Source: an uncultured Thiomicrospira sp. (GTDB lineage Bacteria > Pseudomonadota > Gammaproteobacteria > CAKMZV01). Taken from it: a DNA stretch of 64,000 nt. Shown here in pieces: positions 45,941-57,476 of the stretch. Under the pieces are notes generated by a model. The model was not told the DNA's origin and did not search any database. It saw only the letters and a list, made by a program, of their open reading frames with translations. Every line of letters begins with the position of its first letter. Position 1 is the first letter of the stretch. The stretch covers positions 1,856,694 through 1,920,693 of the forward strand of contig OZ239628.1 in assembly GCA_965195345.1 (NCBI GenBank), written 5' to 3'. The position numbers and the translations under genes were made by a program.

Positions 45941-46134
45941 CAGACTTCCTCCACCTTAAGTAAATAAGATACCTTTTTTATCATGCCTCTATTTTCAGGA
46001 GTATCTAATACTTTTGCTGAACTATTGACACGCCCAAGACCTAAACCTCGAACACATGAGCGATGTTTGGCAAGTCGCCCAATCACGCTTTTAATTAACG
46101 TAACTTTAAGAGTATTTTCTTGTTGCTTTGCCAT
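45940..46134 (-). CDS. rpmD: 50S ribosomal protein L30
   Basis: [23 protein letters not shown]. Confidence 0.97.
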   Translation of the reverse strand: MAKQQENTLKVTLIKSVIGRLAKHRSCVRGLGLGRVNSSAKVLDTPENRGMIKKVSYLLKVEEV

Positions 46135-46167
46135 ACATTTTTCCTGTTGTATATTTCTTTAAAATTT

Positions 46168-46686
46168 TTAGCGTAATATTTCAGAAACTTTCTTTCCACG
46201 TTTGGCAGCCATAAATTCTGGAGAGTGCATGTCAGCCAAACCTTTCACGGTCGCACGAACGACATTTACTGGATTAGTTGATCCAATACATTTTGCCACT
46301 ACATTATGAATGCCAACTGCTTCAAACACAGAACGCATAGCACCGCCTGCAATCACTCCAGTTCCATCAGGAGCTGGTAGCATAACTACTCTTGCTGCCC
46401 CATGCACTGCTTTAATTGGGTGTTGCAAAGTTCCCTCACGTAAAGGTACCGAGCATAAACTTCTGCGTGCCTGTTGCATGGCTTTCTTAATAGCAACAGG
46501 GACTTCACGTGCCTTCCCTCTGCCGTAGCCAACTTGGCCATTACCATCACCAACAACCGCTAGTGCAGTAAATGAAAAAATACGCCCACCCTTGACCACT
46601 TTTGCGACTCGGTTGACGCCAACCAGCTTTTCAATAAACCCGTCGCTATTACCGTTTTCAGAAACATTCATATTAGCCAGTGCCAT
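46168..46686 (-). CDS. rpsE: 30S ribosomal protein S5
   Basis: [19 protein letters not shown]. Confidence 0.99.
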   Translation of the reverse strand: MALANMNVSENGNSDGFIEKLVGVNRVAKVVKGGRIFSFTALAVVGDGNGQVGYGRGKAREVPVAIKKAMQQARRSLCSVPLREGTLQHPIKAVHGAARVVMLPAPDGTGVIAGGAMRSVFEAVGIHNVVAKCIGSTNPVNVVRATVKGLADMHSPEFMAAKRGKKVSEILR

Positions 46687-46694
46687 ATATCCTC

Positions 46695-47048
46695 TTAAAA
46701 TTTGAGTCCGTTCTCACGAGCCATGTTCGCTAATTCACTTATGCGACCATGATATTTAAAACCACTTCTATCAAAAGCCACCTCTTCAATGCCAACTTCT
46801 TTAGCGCGTTCCGCCAGCAACTTGCCAACTTCTGCAGCAGCCTCTTTATTTCCTGTACTATCCAATCTGGATCGCAAATCTGATTCAACTGTTGAACAAC
46901 AAACCTTAACTTTAGCTAAGTCAGCATCAAATATTTGAGCATAAATATGTTTTGAGGTTTTAAAAACACTCAAACGATGCTTTCCTGATTGTGCTATTTG
47001 AGAACGTGTTTTCAGTGCTCTGCGTATACGTTTAACTTTTTTTTGCAT
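46695..47048 (-). CDS. rplR: 50S ribosomal protein L18
   Basis: [16 protein letters not shown]. Confidence 0.98.
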   Translation of the reverse strand: MQKKVKRIRRALKTRSQIAQSGKHRLSVFKTSKHIYAQIFDADLAKVKVCCSTVESDLRSRLDSTGNKEAAAEVGKLLAERAKEVGIEEVAFDRSGFKYHGRISELANMARENGLKF

Positions 47049-47059
47049 TTATTTCCTAT

Positions 47060-47587
47060 CTATTTTTTCTTAACTTCTTTGCGACGAATACGCTCATCAG
47101 AGTATTTAACACCCTTCCCCTTATAGGGTTCTGGTGGACGGAAAGCTCTAATTTCTGCAGCAGCTTGACCAACTTTTTGCTTATCAATACCACTAACCAA
47201 CACTTCTGTTTGCGAAGGCGTCTGAATTGTCAAATCTCCTGGTATTGGAAAGTTAATGTCATGAGAAAAGCCAAGATTGAGACTCAACTTATCACCTTTA
47301 ACTTGCGCACGATAACCAACACCAACTAATTCAAGTTTTTTCTGAAACTCATTGACCACGCCTAAAACCATGTTATTGATAAGTGAGCGTTCAGTTCCTG
47401 CAAAGGACCATGATTCTTCATTAGCGACACCAATTGTAATTTGTTCAGCATCCATTTGTAATACGACATCGGCGTGCACTTCACGTTCTAAAGTCCCTTT
47501 TGGCCCCTTCACTCCAATGTGTAATCCGTCAACGGTTACTGTAACGTTTTCAGGTATTTTGATTGGCTGTTTTGCTATTCTTGACAT
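47060..47587 (-). CDS. rplF: 50S ribosomal protein L6
   Basis: MSRIAK, GVGYRA, RPPEPYKGKG. Confidence 0.99.
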   Translation of the reverse strand: MSRIAKQPIKIPENVTVTVDGLHIGVKGPKGTLEREVHADVVLQMDAEQITIGVANEESWSFAGTERSLINNMVLGVVNEFQKKLELVGVGYRAQVKGDKLSLNLGFSHDINFPIPGDLTIQTPSQTEVLVSGIDKQKVGQAAAEIRAFRPPEPYKGKGVKYSDERIRRKEVKKK

Positions 47588-47594
47588 GACTTCC

Positions 47595-47993
47595 TTAAGT
47601 TACAGTACAAATAATTTCACCACCAACGCCTGCTTCACGAGCTTCGCGGTCATTCATAACACCTTTTGAAGTTGATATGACAGCAATACCTAAGCCATCA
47701 AGAACTTTTGGCAAACGGGTTTTAGGGCTATACACACGCAATCCAAGACGACTGGTGCGTACAATCGTTGTAATCACTGGCTGACCTTGATAATATTTAA
47801 GTGTCAACGTCAATGATTTCTTATTACTTCCTAATTCTTCTGAGCTAACATCTTGAATATATCCTTCTTTAAGAAGAACATTGGCAATGCTTTCTTTCAT
47901 GCGCGAATGGGGCATGCTTACGTTGTTTTTACTTGCCATTTGAGCGTTACGAATACGCGTCAACATGTCGGCAATGGGATCAGTCATACTCAT
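47595..47993 (-). CDS. rpsH: 30S ribosomal protein S8
   Basis: [17 protein letters not shown]. Confidence 0.99.
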   Translation of the reverse strand: MSMTDPIADMLTRIRNAQMASKNNVSMPHSRMKESIANVLLKEGYIQDVSSEELGSNKKSLTLTLKYYQGQPVITTIVRTSRLGLRVYSPKTRLPKVLDGLGIAVISTSKGVMNDREAREAGVGGEIICTVT

Positions 47994-48029
47994 GATTATC
48001 GATATCCTTTTATTATATAAACTATTTTC

Positions 48030-48335
48030 TTACCAGCTTGACTTCTTCAGACCTGGAATGTTTCCAAACATAGACTGCTCACGCACTTTATTACGCGATA
48101 AACCAAATTTTCTGAAATACCCTTTAGGCCTTCCTGTCATTGAGCAGCGCAAAGTTAGGCGACATGGTGAAGAATCTCTAGGCAATTTTTGCAATTGTGC
48201 CTGTGCCAACATTTTCTCTTTAATCGGTTTGTTATGTGCTTTCAATATGCTACGTAATTGATCGCGTTTAGCAGCATACTTTTCTATCAATTTGGCGCGC
48301 TTAACATCGCGTGCTTTCATACTTTGCTTTGCCAT
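48030..48335 (-). CDS. rpsN: 30S ribosomal protein S14 (long, non-Zn C- type)
   Basis: 101 aa, [16 protein letters not shown]. Confidence 0.98.
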   Translation of the reverse strand: MAKQSMKARDVKRAKLIEKYAAKRDQLRSILKAHNKPIKEKMLAQAQLQKLPRDSSPCRLTLRCSMTGRPKGYFRKFGLSRNKVREQSMFGNIPGLKKSSW

Positions 48336-48352
48336 AAGTTAATATCTTCCTA

Positions 48353-48892
48353 TTAGTCGTTGAAAGGGAACTTGAAGGCCTTCAACAAAGCTTTTGCATG
48401 CTCGTTGTCTTTAGCATTTGTTCCTATGGAAATATCAAGCCCTCGTAATTTATCTACCTTATCATAATCGATTTCAGGAAAAATAATCTGCTCCTTCACG
48501 CCAAGATTATAATTCCCACGCCCATCAAATGATTTTGCACTTAGTCCGCGAAAATCTCGAACCCTAGGTAATGCTACATTTACAAGGCGGTCAAAAAACT
48601 CATACATCCTTTCGCTTCTTAGTGTAACTTTGCATCCAATAGGCCAACCTTCACGTACTTTGAAGCTGGCTACTGATTTGCGAGCGTTAGTTTTCACAGG
48701 CTTTTGTCCTGAAATTAACTTCATATCTTCCAAGGCATGATCAAGTGCAGCTTTATTAGCAATTGCATCCCCAACACCCATATTGAGTGTTATTTTAGTA
48801 AGCTTTGGAACTTCATTAATATTTTTTAAACCCAATGTTTCCTGCAGTTCTTTCCGCAGTTTTTCATTGTATAGCGTTTTTAATCGAGCCAT
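48353..48892 (-). CDS. rplE: 50S ribosomal protein L5
   Basis: [19 protein letters not shown]. Confidence 0.99.
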   Translation of the reverse strand: MARLKTLYNEKLRKELQETLGLKNINEVPKLTKITLNMGVGDAIANKAALDHALEDMKLISGQKPVKTNARKSVASFKVREGWPIGCKVTLRSERMYEFFDRLVNVALPRVRDFRGLSAKSFDGRGNYNLGVKEQIIFPEIDYDKVDKLRGLDISIGTNAKDNEHAKALLKAFKFPFND

Positions 48893-48910
48893 GTTATATG
48901 CCTGTTTGTT

Positions 48911-49228
48911 CTAAACTGTTTCGTTATTTGATTTAAAAAAGCGCACTTTCTTTCCATCTTCAATACGGAAACCAATACGATCTCCTTTCTCTGTTTTGGG
49001 ATTAAAGAGCATAACATTTGACATATCAATTGCCGCCTCACGATTGACTATCCCACCGGGCTCATTCGCTTGTGGATTTGGGCGAACATTTTTTTTCACT
49101 AAATTCGCACCTTCAATAATCACACGCCTCTTGCCCTTTCTCTCTACGAAACGATCAATCTGACCTCTTTTCCCTTTATCTTTTCCTGCGGTAACGATAA
49201 CTTCGTCGCCTTTTTTCAAGCGTTGCAT
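48911..49228 (-). CDS. rplX: 50S ribosomal protein L24
   Basis: [17 protein letters not shown] motif. Confidence 0.98.
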   Translation of the reverse strand: MQRLKKGDEVIVTAGKDKGKRGQIDRFVERKGKRRVIIEGANLVKKNVRPNPQANEPGGIVNREAAIDMSNVMLFNPKTEKGDRIGFRIEDGKKVRFFKSNNETV

Positions 49229-49243
49229 TTCAACCTCTTTTAT

Positions 49244-49612
49244 TTATAGCACTTCGGGTGCCAAAGAAACAATTTTCATGAATTTACTGGTTCGCAATTC
49301 ACGAGTTACTGGTCCAAAAATACGAGTTCCTATTGGCTCAAGACGTGCATTTAAAATAACTGCAGCATTGCCATCAAAACGAATGGATGAACCATCAATT
49401 CGACGTACTCCTTTCGCTGTACGCACAACAACCGCATTATAAACCTCTCCTTTCTTAACACGCCCTCTTGGCTCCGCTTCTTTAATAGAAACTTTTATTA
49501 CATCACCAATACTTGCATAGCGACGTTTTGATCCACCAAGAACCTTTATACACTGAATGCGTCTTGCTCCAGAATTATCCGCTACCGTAAGGTTTGTTTG
49601 CATCTGAATCAT
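49244..49612 (-). CDS. rplN: 50S ribosomal protein L14
   Basis: [22 protein letters not shown]. Confidence 0.99.
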   Translation of the reverse strand: MIQMQTNLTVADNSGARRIQCIKVLGGSKRRYASIGDVIKVSIKEAEPRGRVKKGEVYNAVVVRTAKGVRRIDGSSIRFDGNAAVILNARLEPIGTRIFGPVTRELRTSKFMKIVSLAPEVL

Positions 49613-49872
49613 GACGAACTCTCTTCTTTATGATGGACATTGACCAGCATCCAAGATTTATGCTTTGAAATAGGGCGACACTCTCGTACAGTGACGATAT
49701 CTCCCATTTGACAAGCATTCTCGGCGTCATGAGCCATCACTTTAGTGTATTTATTGATATACTTTTTGTATAAAGGATGCTTAACTCTGCGTTGAATCTC
49801 AACAACTATTGAGCAATCCATCTTATTACTTACAACACGTCCAGTTAGGGTACGTACATTTACAGTACTCAT
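49609..49872 (-). CDS. rpsQ: 30S ribosomal protein S17
   Basis: [21 protein letters not shown]. Confidence 0.98.
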   Translation of the reverse strand: MSTVNVRTLTGRVVSNKMDCSIVVEIQRRVKHPLYKKYINKYTKVMAHDAENACQMGDIVTVRECRPISKHKSWMLVNVHHKEESSS

Positions 49873-50075
49873 GCCTTGCTACCTTCTTTTTTCATAATAC
49901 TTACTTGAGTTTTAATGCGAGCAATATCTTTACGTACGCCATTTAATCGCGAGGTATTGGTACTTTGACCAGCTCGAACCTGCATGCGTAAATTAAACTG
50001 CTCTCGTTTTAACTCAAGCAACATATCTTGTAGTTGCTGAGCATTCTTGTCTTTTAATTCTGTCGATTTCATCAC
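49869..50075 (-). CDS. rpmC: 50S ribosomal protein L29
   Basis: [17 protein letters not shown]. Confidence 0.97.
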   Translation of the reverse strand: MMKSTELKDKNAQQLQDMLLELKREQFNLRMQVRAGQSTNTSRLNGVRKDIARIKTQVSIMKKEGSKA

Positions 50076-50485
50076 ATTACCGTGCGTTTGATAAATGAAG
50101 TGCCAACTGGCAATTTAGCAGCAGCCAATTCAAAGGCTTGGCGAGCTAAACTTTCAGTTACACCTTGTATTTCATAAAGGACGGTTCCTGGACGCACTTC
50201 CGCAACCCAATATTCAACCGAACCCTTACCTTTACCCATACGTACTTCTAAAGGCTTTTCAGTGATAGGTTTATCTGGAAAAATTCGAATCCAAATTTTA
50301 CCTCCACGGCGAATGTGACGAGTCATCGCACGACGTGCAGACTCAATTTGTCGAGAAGTAATCCGACCTCTCGCCTGCGAACGCAATCCGTACTCCCCAA
50401 AACTCACCTTATTTCCATTAGTCGCAACACCACGGTTACGTCCTTTTTGAGTTTTACGATATTTGGTCCTTTTGGGCATTAACAT
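50072..50485 (-). CDS. rplP: 50S ribosomal protein L16
   Basis: [15 protein letters not shown]. Confidence 0.99.
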   Translation of the reverse strand: MLMPKRTKYRKTQKGRNRGVATNGNKVSFGEYGLRSQARGRITSRQIESARRAMTRHIRRGGKIWIRIFPDKPITEKPLEVRMGKGKGSVEYWVAEVRPGTVLYEIQGVTESLARQAFELAAAKLPVGTSFIKRTVM

Positions 50486-50489
50486 ACTA

Positions 50490-51209
50490 TTATTCTCCTT
50501 GACTCTCTACATCACGACGAACTTTACGTCGAGAGCGTGTATCAACATCAGCAACAGGTTTAATTGATTCACGCTTTTGTTGAAATATTTCACCACGAAA
50601 CACCCAAACTTTAATTCCAATTTTTCCGTAAGTTGTGTTCGCCTCACAAACACCATAATCAATATCTGCTCTCAAAGTATGCAAGGGCACACGTCCTTCG
50701 CGATACCATTCTGTTCTTGCGATATCAGCGCCGTTTAAACGACCACCTACTGCAATCTTTATCCCTTCTGCTCCAAGACGCATAGCATTCCCTACAGCCC
50801 TTTTCATAGCACGGCGAAACATAATTCTGCGCTCCAACTGACGTGCAATACTATCTGCAATCAACGTTGCGTCAAGCTCGGGTTTGCGAATCTCTTCAAT
50901 ATTGATAGTGACGTTCATGTCAGCTAACTTGCCTATTTCGACACGCAACTTATCAATATCTTCGCCTTTCTTACCAATGACCACGCCTGGACGAGCAGTA
51001 TGTAAAGTCAAGCGCATATTATTATTCGTCATTCTTTCGATTTTTATACCAGATAGAGAAGCATTTGCTAATCGCTTAGAAATCAACTCTCTAACCTCTA
51101 TATCTTGACCTAAATTTTTGGCAAACGCACCACGCTCAGCATACCAAATAGCGTTCCAGTTACGCACAATCCCTAAGCGCATTCCAATTGGATTTATTTT
51201 TTGACCCAT
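50490..51209 (-). CDS. rpsC: 30S ribosomal protein S3
   Basis: [29 protein letters not shown]. Confidence 0.99.
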   Translation of the reverse strand: MGQKINPIGMRLGIVRNWNAIWYAERGAFAKNLGQDIEVRELISKRLANASLSGIKIERMTNNNMRLTLHTARPGVVIGKKGEDIDKLRVEIGKLADMNVTINIEEIRKPELDATLIADSIARQLERRIMFRRAMKRAVGNAMRLGAEGIKIAVGGRLNGADIARTEWYREGRVPLHTLRADIDYGVCEANTTYGKIGIKVWVFRGEIFQQKRESIKPVADVDTRSRRKVRRDVESQGE

Positions 51210-51215
51210 TCTTAC

Positions 51216-51548
51216 TTACTCCTCGCTCACACTAATAGTGATGTGACTTGTGCGTTTTAAAATTCGGTTACCGCGGCCCTTAGCACGCGCTCTTAAACGT
51301 TTCATAACAGGACCCTCATCGATACATATTTCGCTTACCACCAATGTATCAATATCAGCCCCATCTTTATCTTCTGCATTTGCAATTGCAGACTCAAGAA
51401 CCTTTTTAATCAACCCAGCGCTCTTTTTCGTACTAAAATTTAGTATATCAAGCGCAGAAGAAATTGATTTCCCTCTTATTTGATCTGCTACTAAACGTGC
51501 TTTTTGTGAACCAACACGAGCGTAACGATGTTTAGCTATTGCTTGCAT
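51216..51548 (-). CDS. rplV: 50S ribosomal protein L22
   Basis: SAIANA, RAKGR, KRTSHI. Confidence 0.98.
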   Translation of the reverse strand: MQAIAKHRYARVGSQKARLVADQIRGKSISSALDILNFSTKKSAGLIKKVLESAIANAEDKDGADIDTLVVSEICIDEGPVMKRLRARAKGRGNRILKRTSHITISVSEE

Positions 51549-51553
51549 AATTA

Positions 51554-51826
51554 CTACTTGCCCTTCTTGTTAGCAGCATGCCCTTTATAGGTGCGCGTTA
51601 AAACAAACTCACCTAACTTATGACCTACCATATCCTTTGATATAAATATTGGAACGTGTTCTCGACCATTATGTACTGAAATTGTCAAATCCATCATCAC
51701 TGGAAGAATCGTCGAGCGCCTTGACCATGTTTTTACTGGCCGAGGTGAGTTATTTGCCTTTGTATCTTCCACTTTTTTCAAAAGATGGTGGTCTATAAAT
51801 GGACCTTTTTTTAATGAACGAGCCAT
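51554..51826 (-). CDS. rpsS: 30S ribosomal protein S19
   Basis: [22 protein letters not shown]. Confidence 0.99.
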   Translation of the reverse strand: MARSLKKGPFIDHHLLKKVEDTKANNSPRPVKTWSRRSTILPVMMDLTISVHNGREHVPIFISKDMVGHKLGEFVLTRTYKGHAANKKGK

Positions 51827-51840
51827 ACTTAACTTAACCT

Positions 51841-52671
51841 TTATTTAGAATTTCTACGACGCACAATTAATCTGTCTGTACGTTTATTATTACGGGTCTT
51901 GTATCCTTTTGTAGGTGTTCCCCATGGCGATACCGGATGACGCCCACCGGATGTACGCCCTTCACCTCCACCATGAGGGTGATCAACTGGGTTCATCGCA
52001 ACACCACGAACCGTTGGTCGAATCCCTCTCCAGCGAGAAGCACCCGCTTTACCTAATTTGCGTAACGCGTGTTCTTGATTTCCTACTTCGCCAATCGTTG
52101 CACGACAAGCAGCAAGTACCTTGCGCATTTCACCAGAACGCAGTCTCAATGTAACATAAATACCTTCGCGCGCAACTATTTGAGCAGACGTGCCAGCACT
52201 ACGGGCTAGCTGTGCACCTTTTCCTGGCTTCATTTCTACGCAATGCACATTGGTTCCCAAAGGAATATCACTACAGCTCAATGCATTTCCCGGTTTAATC
52301 GGAGCTTCGTCTCCAGAAACTACCTCATCACCAACATTCAAAGACTTCGGCGCGATGATATAACGTCGCTCTCCGTCAATATACTTTAATAATGCAATAT
52401 GAGAACTGCGATTAGGATCGTATTCAAGACGCTCAACTGTTGAAGTTATTTTGTCTTTGTTTCTTTTGAAATCAATAATGCGGTAACGTTTTTTGTGCCC
52501 ACCACCAGTATGGCGTTTGGTAATTCTTCCTTGATTATTGCGTCCACCTGTTCTTTTTTTATCTTCAGTAAGTGGACCCCATGGGTTTCCTTTGTGAAGA
52601 TTCTCGCCTACTACTCTAATAGTAAAACGACGCCCTGGAGAAGTGGGTTTAAGTTTAATAAGCTTAGACAT
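51841..52671 (-). CDS. rplB: 50S ribosomal protein L2
   Basis: [20 protein letters not shown]. Confidence 0.99.
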   Translation of the reverse strand: MSKLIKLKPTSPGRRFTIRVVGENLHKGNPWGPLTEDKKRTGGRNNQGRITKRHTGGGHKKRYRIIDFKRNKDKITSTVERLEYDPNRSSHIALLKYIDGERRYIIAPKSLNVGDEVVSGDEAPIKPGNALSCSDIPLGTNVHCVEMKPGKGAQLARSAGTSAQIVAREGIYVTLRLRSGEMRKVLAACRATIGEVGNQEHALRKLGKAGASRWRGIRPTVRGVAMNPVDHPHGGGEGRTSGGRHPVSPWGTPTKGYKTRNNKRTDRLIVRRRNSK

Positions 52672-52679
52672 ATTTTTCC

Positions 52680-52982
52680 CTAACCAACATTCGATTCTGT
52701 GTATTCAATTGACTGTCCCTTTTGAAGTCGCACATAAGCTTTCTTCCAGCTTGCACGTTGACCTCGTCGACCACGATAAACTTTTTTCTTTCCTTTTACG
52801 TTAAGTGTACGTACCATCTCCACTTGAACATTAAAAAGACTTTCTACGGCCTCTTTTACTTCTTTTTTTGTAGCATCTACTGCTACTTTAAAAACCACCC
52901 CTGAACCTGATTGTGAAATACCGACTGCCTTTTCAGAGACAACGGGCCCACGTAATATATCAAACAGTCGTTCTTGACTCAT
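52680..52982 (-). CDS. rplW: 50S ribosomal protein L23
   Basis: [15 protein letters not shown]. Confidence 0.98.
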   Translation of the reverse strand: MSQERLFDILRGPVVSEKAVGISQSGSGVVFKVAVDATKKEVKEAVESLFNVQVEMVRTLNVKGKKKVYRGRRGQRASWKKAYVRLQKGQSIEYTESNVG

Positions 52983-53596
52983 TTTAATCTCTCCTCAACG
53001 GCTTTGATTGCATCTACAGTAATAACAACCTTCTCATAAGCTATTAGAGAGAGGGGAACCACCCAATTTGCATCAATCAAGCCGACCTTGTACAAATTAC
53101 GCGATGCCAGATAAAGGTTTTCGTTCCAGTCTGCAGTAACTATTAGTGCATTGAGAGCATCTAAACCTTTCAGCTTATCTAGCAACAATTTTGTTTTTGG
53201 AGCTTCGATATCAAAGGAATCAACAACAATCAAACGATCAGTGCGATTCAACTCGGAAAATACCGAACGCAACGCGCCGCTAAACATTTTCCTGTTAACC
53301 TTTTGGTTAAAACTCCTCGGTTGAGCTGCAAATGTCACACCACCGCCTTTCCAAATTGGACTACGTGATGTTCCAGCTCGAGCGCGCCCTGTGCCCTTTT
53401 GGCGCCAAGGCTTAGCACCCCCACCTCGCACAGCACTTCTGTTTTTCTGTGCTTTTGTCCCCGATCGTTCAGCAGACATTTCAGCAATCACAACTTGATG
53501 CACCAATCCTTCGTTATATTCAACACTGAATATGGCATCAGCCACTTCCAACGCTTTTCCTTTGCCGCCGTCGCTTTTAAATGTTTTTAATTGCAT
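52979..53596 (-). CDS. rplD: 50S ribosomal protein L4
   Basis: [14 protein letters not shown]. Confidence 0.99.
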   Translation of the reverse strand: MQLKTFKSDGGKGKALEVADAIFSVEYNEGLVHQVVIAEMSAERSGTKAQKNRSAVRGGGAKPWRQKGTGRARAGTSRSPIWKGGGVTFAAQPRSFNQKVNRKMFSGALRSVFSELNRTDRLIVVDSFDIEAPKTKLLLDKLKGLDALNALIVTADWNENLYLASRNLYKVGLIDANWVVPLSLIAYEKVVITVDAIKAVEERLK

Positions 53597-53607
53597 TACA
53601 ATCCCTT

Positions 53608-54249
53608 TTAATCCGTAGTATGCTTAACTGCAGGGCGAACTACTAAAGTAGAGCCAGTAAATCCAGGCACTGCTCCTCTGATCATCAATAAATTTTTCTC
53701 ACCATCGATACGCGCCACCACCAAATTTTGAACCGTAGAGGACACATTGCCCATTTGTCCTGGCATTTTCTTTCCTTTAAACACTTTACCTGGCGTTTGG
53801 TTTTGACCAGTTGAGCCTAAAGCTCTGTGGGACACTGAGTTACCGTGCGTCGCATCTTGCATGCTGAAATTATGGCGCTTCACGCCACCTTGAAATCCTT
53901 TCCCTTTAGAAGTGCCACTCACATCAACGATTTGACCTTCGCTAAACAAATCAACACTAAGAGTATCTGCAACAGCATAATCGGAAGCAGATTCTAAACG
54001 AAATTCTTTGAGGTTTTTTGCAGGCGAAACGCCCGACTTAGCATACAGCCCCGCTTCAGGTTTATTCAATCGACTTGCTTTTTGCTCGCCAAAAGCAACC
54101 ACAATCGCTTCATAACCATCACTTTCAGCCTGCTTCACTTGAGCAACGCGATTGTTAAGCACTTCCACAACTGTAACAGGCACGGACTCTCCGCTCTCCT
54201 GAAACAATCGGGTCATGCCGACCTTACGACCGACGACTCCAATACTCAT
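53608..54249 (-). CDS. rplC: 50S ribosomal protein L3
   Basis: [22 protein letters not shown]. Confidence 0.99.
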   Translation of the reverse strand: MSIGVVGRKVGMTRLFQESGESVPVTVVEVLNNRVAQVKQAESDGYEAIVVAFGEQKASRLNKPEAGLYAKSGVSPAKNLKEFRLESASDYAVADTLSVDLFSEGQIVDVSGTSKGKGFQGGVKRHNFSMQDATHGNSVSHRALGSTGQNQTPGKVFKGKKMPGQMGNVSSTVQNLVVARIDGEKNLLMIRGAVPGFTGSTLVVRPAVKHTTD

Positions 54250-54323
54250 TCTATTCCTTATAATTTAAACGCTCTAATTTCGATTGATTAGTGCGTTAAT
54301 TGCTTAGCAATCTATTAGCTAAC

Positions 54324-54638
54324 TCAGTGTAATTCGAGATTAATCTCTACACCCGCCGCTAAGTTTAATTTCATCAGTGCATCAACTGTTTTTTCAGTTG
54401 GTTGCAAAATATCCATCAAACGCTTATGCGTTCTAATTTCAAGTTGATCCCTCGCATCTTTATACTTATGTGGTGAGGTCAAAATATCAAACCGCTCTTT
54501 GCGCATGGGCAAAGGAACTGGACCTCGCACTTGAGCTCCTGTGCGTTTGGCGGTCTCCACGATGTCTTTAGCAGAACGATCAATTAAACGATGATCAAAT
54601 GCTTTCAAACGTATTCTTATATTTTGGTTGGTTGCCAT
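54324..54638 (-). CDS. rpsJ: 30S ribosomal protein S10
   Basis: [25 protein letters not shown]. Confidence 0.99.
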   Translation of the reverse strand: MATNQNIRIRLKAFDHRLIDRSAKDIVETAKRTGAQVRGPVPLPMRKERFDILTSPHKYKDARDQLEIRTHKRLMDILQPTEKTVDALMKLNLAAGVEINLELH

Positions 54639-54714
54639 AACCGTTTCATCTCTTTAAATAAGTATTGAAAAATCGAAGATAAGTGCTTAAAATAACGCAC
54701 TTGTCTCAACGAAA

Positions 54715-54751
54715 GGGCGCGCATTATATCCTTATAAGCAGTTGGTGGCAA
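54715..54751 (-). promoter_or_regulatory. sigma70 promoter of the S10 cluster: TTGCCA-17bp-TATAAT with GC-rich discriminator
   Basis: Minus strand TTGCCA ccaactgcttataagga TATAAT gcgcgccc; a leader hairpin (GACAAGTGC...GCACTTATC) lies at about 54678-54705. Confidence 0.8.
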
Positions 54752-54865
54752 TACCTTTTTTCAAATAAATAATTAGCTTTTTACTAATTCCACGTCAGAC
54801 GATGTCGCCACATCTTAAAATGCGTATATAAATACACCATGAATCCTTCTATACGGCAAATTAAA

Positions 54866-56059
54866 ATGAGTCCTTCCATCACTCCCAAATACTTCTTCTC
54901 TCACAAAGAATACCTCAATCGCATTCAAAAAACACGTCAATCGATGCAGCGTTCAGGTGTTGAGCTGATTATCATTAGCGACCCATCTAACATGGCTTGG
55001 CTCACAGGCTATGATGCTTGGTCATTTTATGTCCATCAGTGCGTGGTATTAAGACTCGAAGGCGAACCCGTGTGGTTTGGGCGAGGCATGGATGCAGAAA
55101 GCGCCTATAGGCGCTGCTTCATGCATCCTGATAACATCATAAGTTATCCCGATTACTTCGTTCAAAACCCCAATTACCACCCAATGGAATTACTTGGCGA
55201 GATTATTGGAAATAGGAAATGGGGGGAGCTACGCATCGGCGTAGAGATGGATAATTATTGGTTCTCTGCGGCTGCTTTTCAAGCATTACAAAGCAAATTG
55301 AAGAAAAATGATTTTGCCGATGTTACTGGTCTCGTAAACTGGCAGCGCGCAGTCAAATCGGAACAAGAATTAACATATTTAAGACAGGCAGGAAAAATCG
55401 TTAGTCGCATGCATCACCGAATCAGAGAAAAGGCCGAACCCGGAATTCGGAAATGTGATCTTGTAGCTGAAATTTATGATGCTTCACTGCGCTTTGATAG
55501 CAACGATGGTTTTGGCGGTGATTACCCAGCAATTGTCCCTCTGCTCCCTTCTGGAAGTGAATCAGCTGCAAGCCACCTTACCTGGGATGACAATCCTATG
55601 CAAAATAATGCTGGCACTTTTTTCGAAATTGCTGGAGCATCGCATCGTTATCAATGTCCTTTATCGCGCTCATTGTTTTTTGGCAAACCACCTCAAAAAA
55701 TTATTGATGCTGAAAAAGCGGTGCTTGAAGGAACAATCGCTGGATTAGAACAAGCAACAGCAGGTAAAACCTGTAATGATATTGCTCACGCATTCTTCAA
55801 TACTTTGGAAAAATATGGAATATCTAAGAACTCTCGAGCTGGCTACTCTATAGGTTTATCTTATCCTCCTGACTGGGGTGAGCGTACCATGTCAATCCGC
55901 CTAGGGGATATGAGTGTACTTGAAGAAAATATGGTTTTCCACTTCATGTCAGGGTTGTGGCAAGACGATTGGGGACTTGAGCTTACTGAAAGCATCATCA
56001 TTACAAATGATCAGCCAGAATTGCTTGCCAATGTACCAAGAGAAATTCTTATTAAGTGA
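54866..56059 (+). CDS. doeA: Ectoine hydrolase DoeA/EutD (M24 fold)
   Basis: DPSNMAWLTGYDAWSFYVHQ, LVNWQRAVKS, GGDYPAIVPLLPSG, HLTW, SYPPDWGERTMS; start 54839 or 54866. Confidence 0.88.
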   Translation: MSPSITPKYFFSHKEYLNRIQKTRQSMQRSGVELIIISDPSNMAWLTGYDAWSFYVHQCVVLRLEGEPVWFGRGMDAESAYRRCFMHPDNIISYPDYFVQNPNYHPMELLGEIIGNRKWGELRIGVEMDNYWFSAAAFQALQSKLKKNDFADVTGLVNWQRAVKSEQELTYLRQAGKIVSRMHHRIREKAEPGIRKCDLVAEIYDASLRFDSNDGFGGDYPAIVPLLPSGSESAASHLTWDDNPMQNNAGTFFEIAGASHRYQCPLSRSLFFGKPPQKIIDAEKAVLEGTIAGLEQATAGKTCNDIAHAFFNTLEKYGISKNSRAGYSIGLSYPPDWGERTMSIRLGDMSVLEENMVFHFMSGLWQDDWGLELTESIIITNDQPELLANVPREILIK

Positions 56060-56549
56060 ATCTTCAAGCATGCACTTAATGCTAAAAACGCTTTTCTAAT
56101 ATCAGATGCAACCGCTTACGGCAGCCGTTTTCTTACTTGTTCGAAGCCATGTTTTAGAACGTAATTGCAAAAAACCTCTCATACAGATGCACTGAAAAAT
56201 TAACTTCAAAGCATATAACACTTTTCCAGAATCAGAATGTCGATTTATTGCAGTTTCTGAGCGAACATTTCCACCGCCCGTGAGAAAATTCCATTCATCC
56301 CCCCCCGCGCAAACTTTCGTCAGATACCAAACAGGTATTCCTACACGCTCATTTTCTTCACACAGCCGATGCACCCTCTTCCTTCAGATATAGCAAGCCA
56401 TAATTGGTCATCTAAAGCCAGTAATCCACTGGAGTAGCGGTATGACTCATGCCGTACTATTTTGATTGTGTTTATGCTTATTGCTTTTGAAAAAGCGTAA
56501 TCAACAAGCTCGAGAAGAGGTTTCTTCAAAAAAATGCTTTTTAGGAAAC

Positions 56550-57446
56550 TTAGTTAAGGAGTACATGCGTGGTCGGAGGTACTATTGATGATGCAGCAAA
56601 GCTGCCTAACAATTTAGGTTTTGGAACGCGTATAACTCCGTAACCATTTGAATCAAGATTAAGTCTGTGTTGAATTTCACGATTGACTTGATTTGTTACA
56701 TTTGCAAAAAACCGTCCAGATTCATTACGAATTGCCTTGCTTCCTTCTTCCTCAGCAAAGCTAACAAGATCAAAGAAACCTAATGTAAGAATGCTCGTAA
56801 TTCCGCTCAAAAGAGTTACTAAAATACTAGAATGTCTACTGATATTAACGCTAACATCCTGCCCCACTATAAAAATACTAAAAATTGGTCTAAAATATAA
56901 AACATATTCACTTTCGGTTTCTACGAGACGTGCATCAGTCAATAACAATGACTCTATTTCTGCGTCAATACGCACACTTCCATCCACATGATCTCTAATG
57001 AGGAACACTACTCTCTGTTGAGTGTGCACTCTTATATCTCCTTTTAAATTCAATCTTGCTCGATAACGCAGTGCTGCTGATGAACTAATTATGTTCCTGT
57101 CTAATGATGGATATACATCTTCAAATTCAAAATTCAAGGAACCTTCAGAAATATCAGCCAAAATTCTAGCATTTACACGAAAAATAGCCCACGGGCGAGG
57201 GTTTTCATCAATTTCATAAGCTAAACTACCATTGTGCAGTGTTACGTTTACATCGTTCAATTTTTGCGCGACCATTTCTTGAAAATACGGGCAAATAATT
57301 CCGTTATTACCCCGTGCATTAATTGGACAATCTATGTCATTCAGGTAGTTATGCGAATCATTAAAATAGATCAAATAATCATTCCTATCGCCAAGAGCAA
57401 TACTCGGCAATAAAAGAAGGAGGGCAAAGATAAGATTTTTTTTCAT
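56550..57446 (-). CDS. Secreted hypothetical protein (about 298 aa) with hydrophobic C-terminal tail
   Basis: Signal peptide MKKNLIFALLLLLPSIALG after GAGG RBS; Cys pair; beta-rich core; ends SIVPPTTHVLLN. Confidence 0.8.
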   Translation of the reverse strand: MKKNLIFALLLLLPSIALGDRNDYLIYFNDSHNYLNDIDCPINARGNNGIICPYFQEMVAQKLNDVNVTLHNGSLAYEIDENPRPWAIFRVNARILADISEGSLNFEFEDVYPSLDRNIISSSAALRYRARLNLKGDIRVHTQQRVVFLIRDHVDGSVRIDAEIESLLLTDARLVETESEYVLYFRPIFSIFIVGQDVSVNISRHSSILVTLLSGITSILTLGFFDLVSFAEEEGSKAIRNESGRFFANVTNQVNREIQHRLNLDSNGYGVIRVPKPKLLGSFAASSIVPPTTHVLLN

Positions 57447-57476
57447 GACTACCTCAGATACAATCAATACAAAAAA

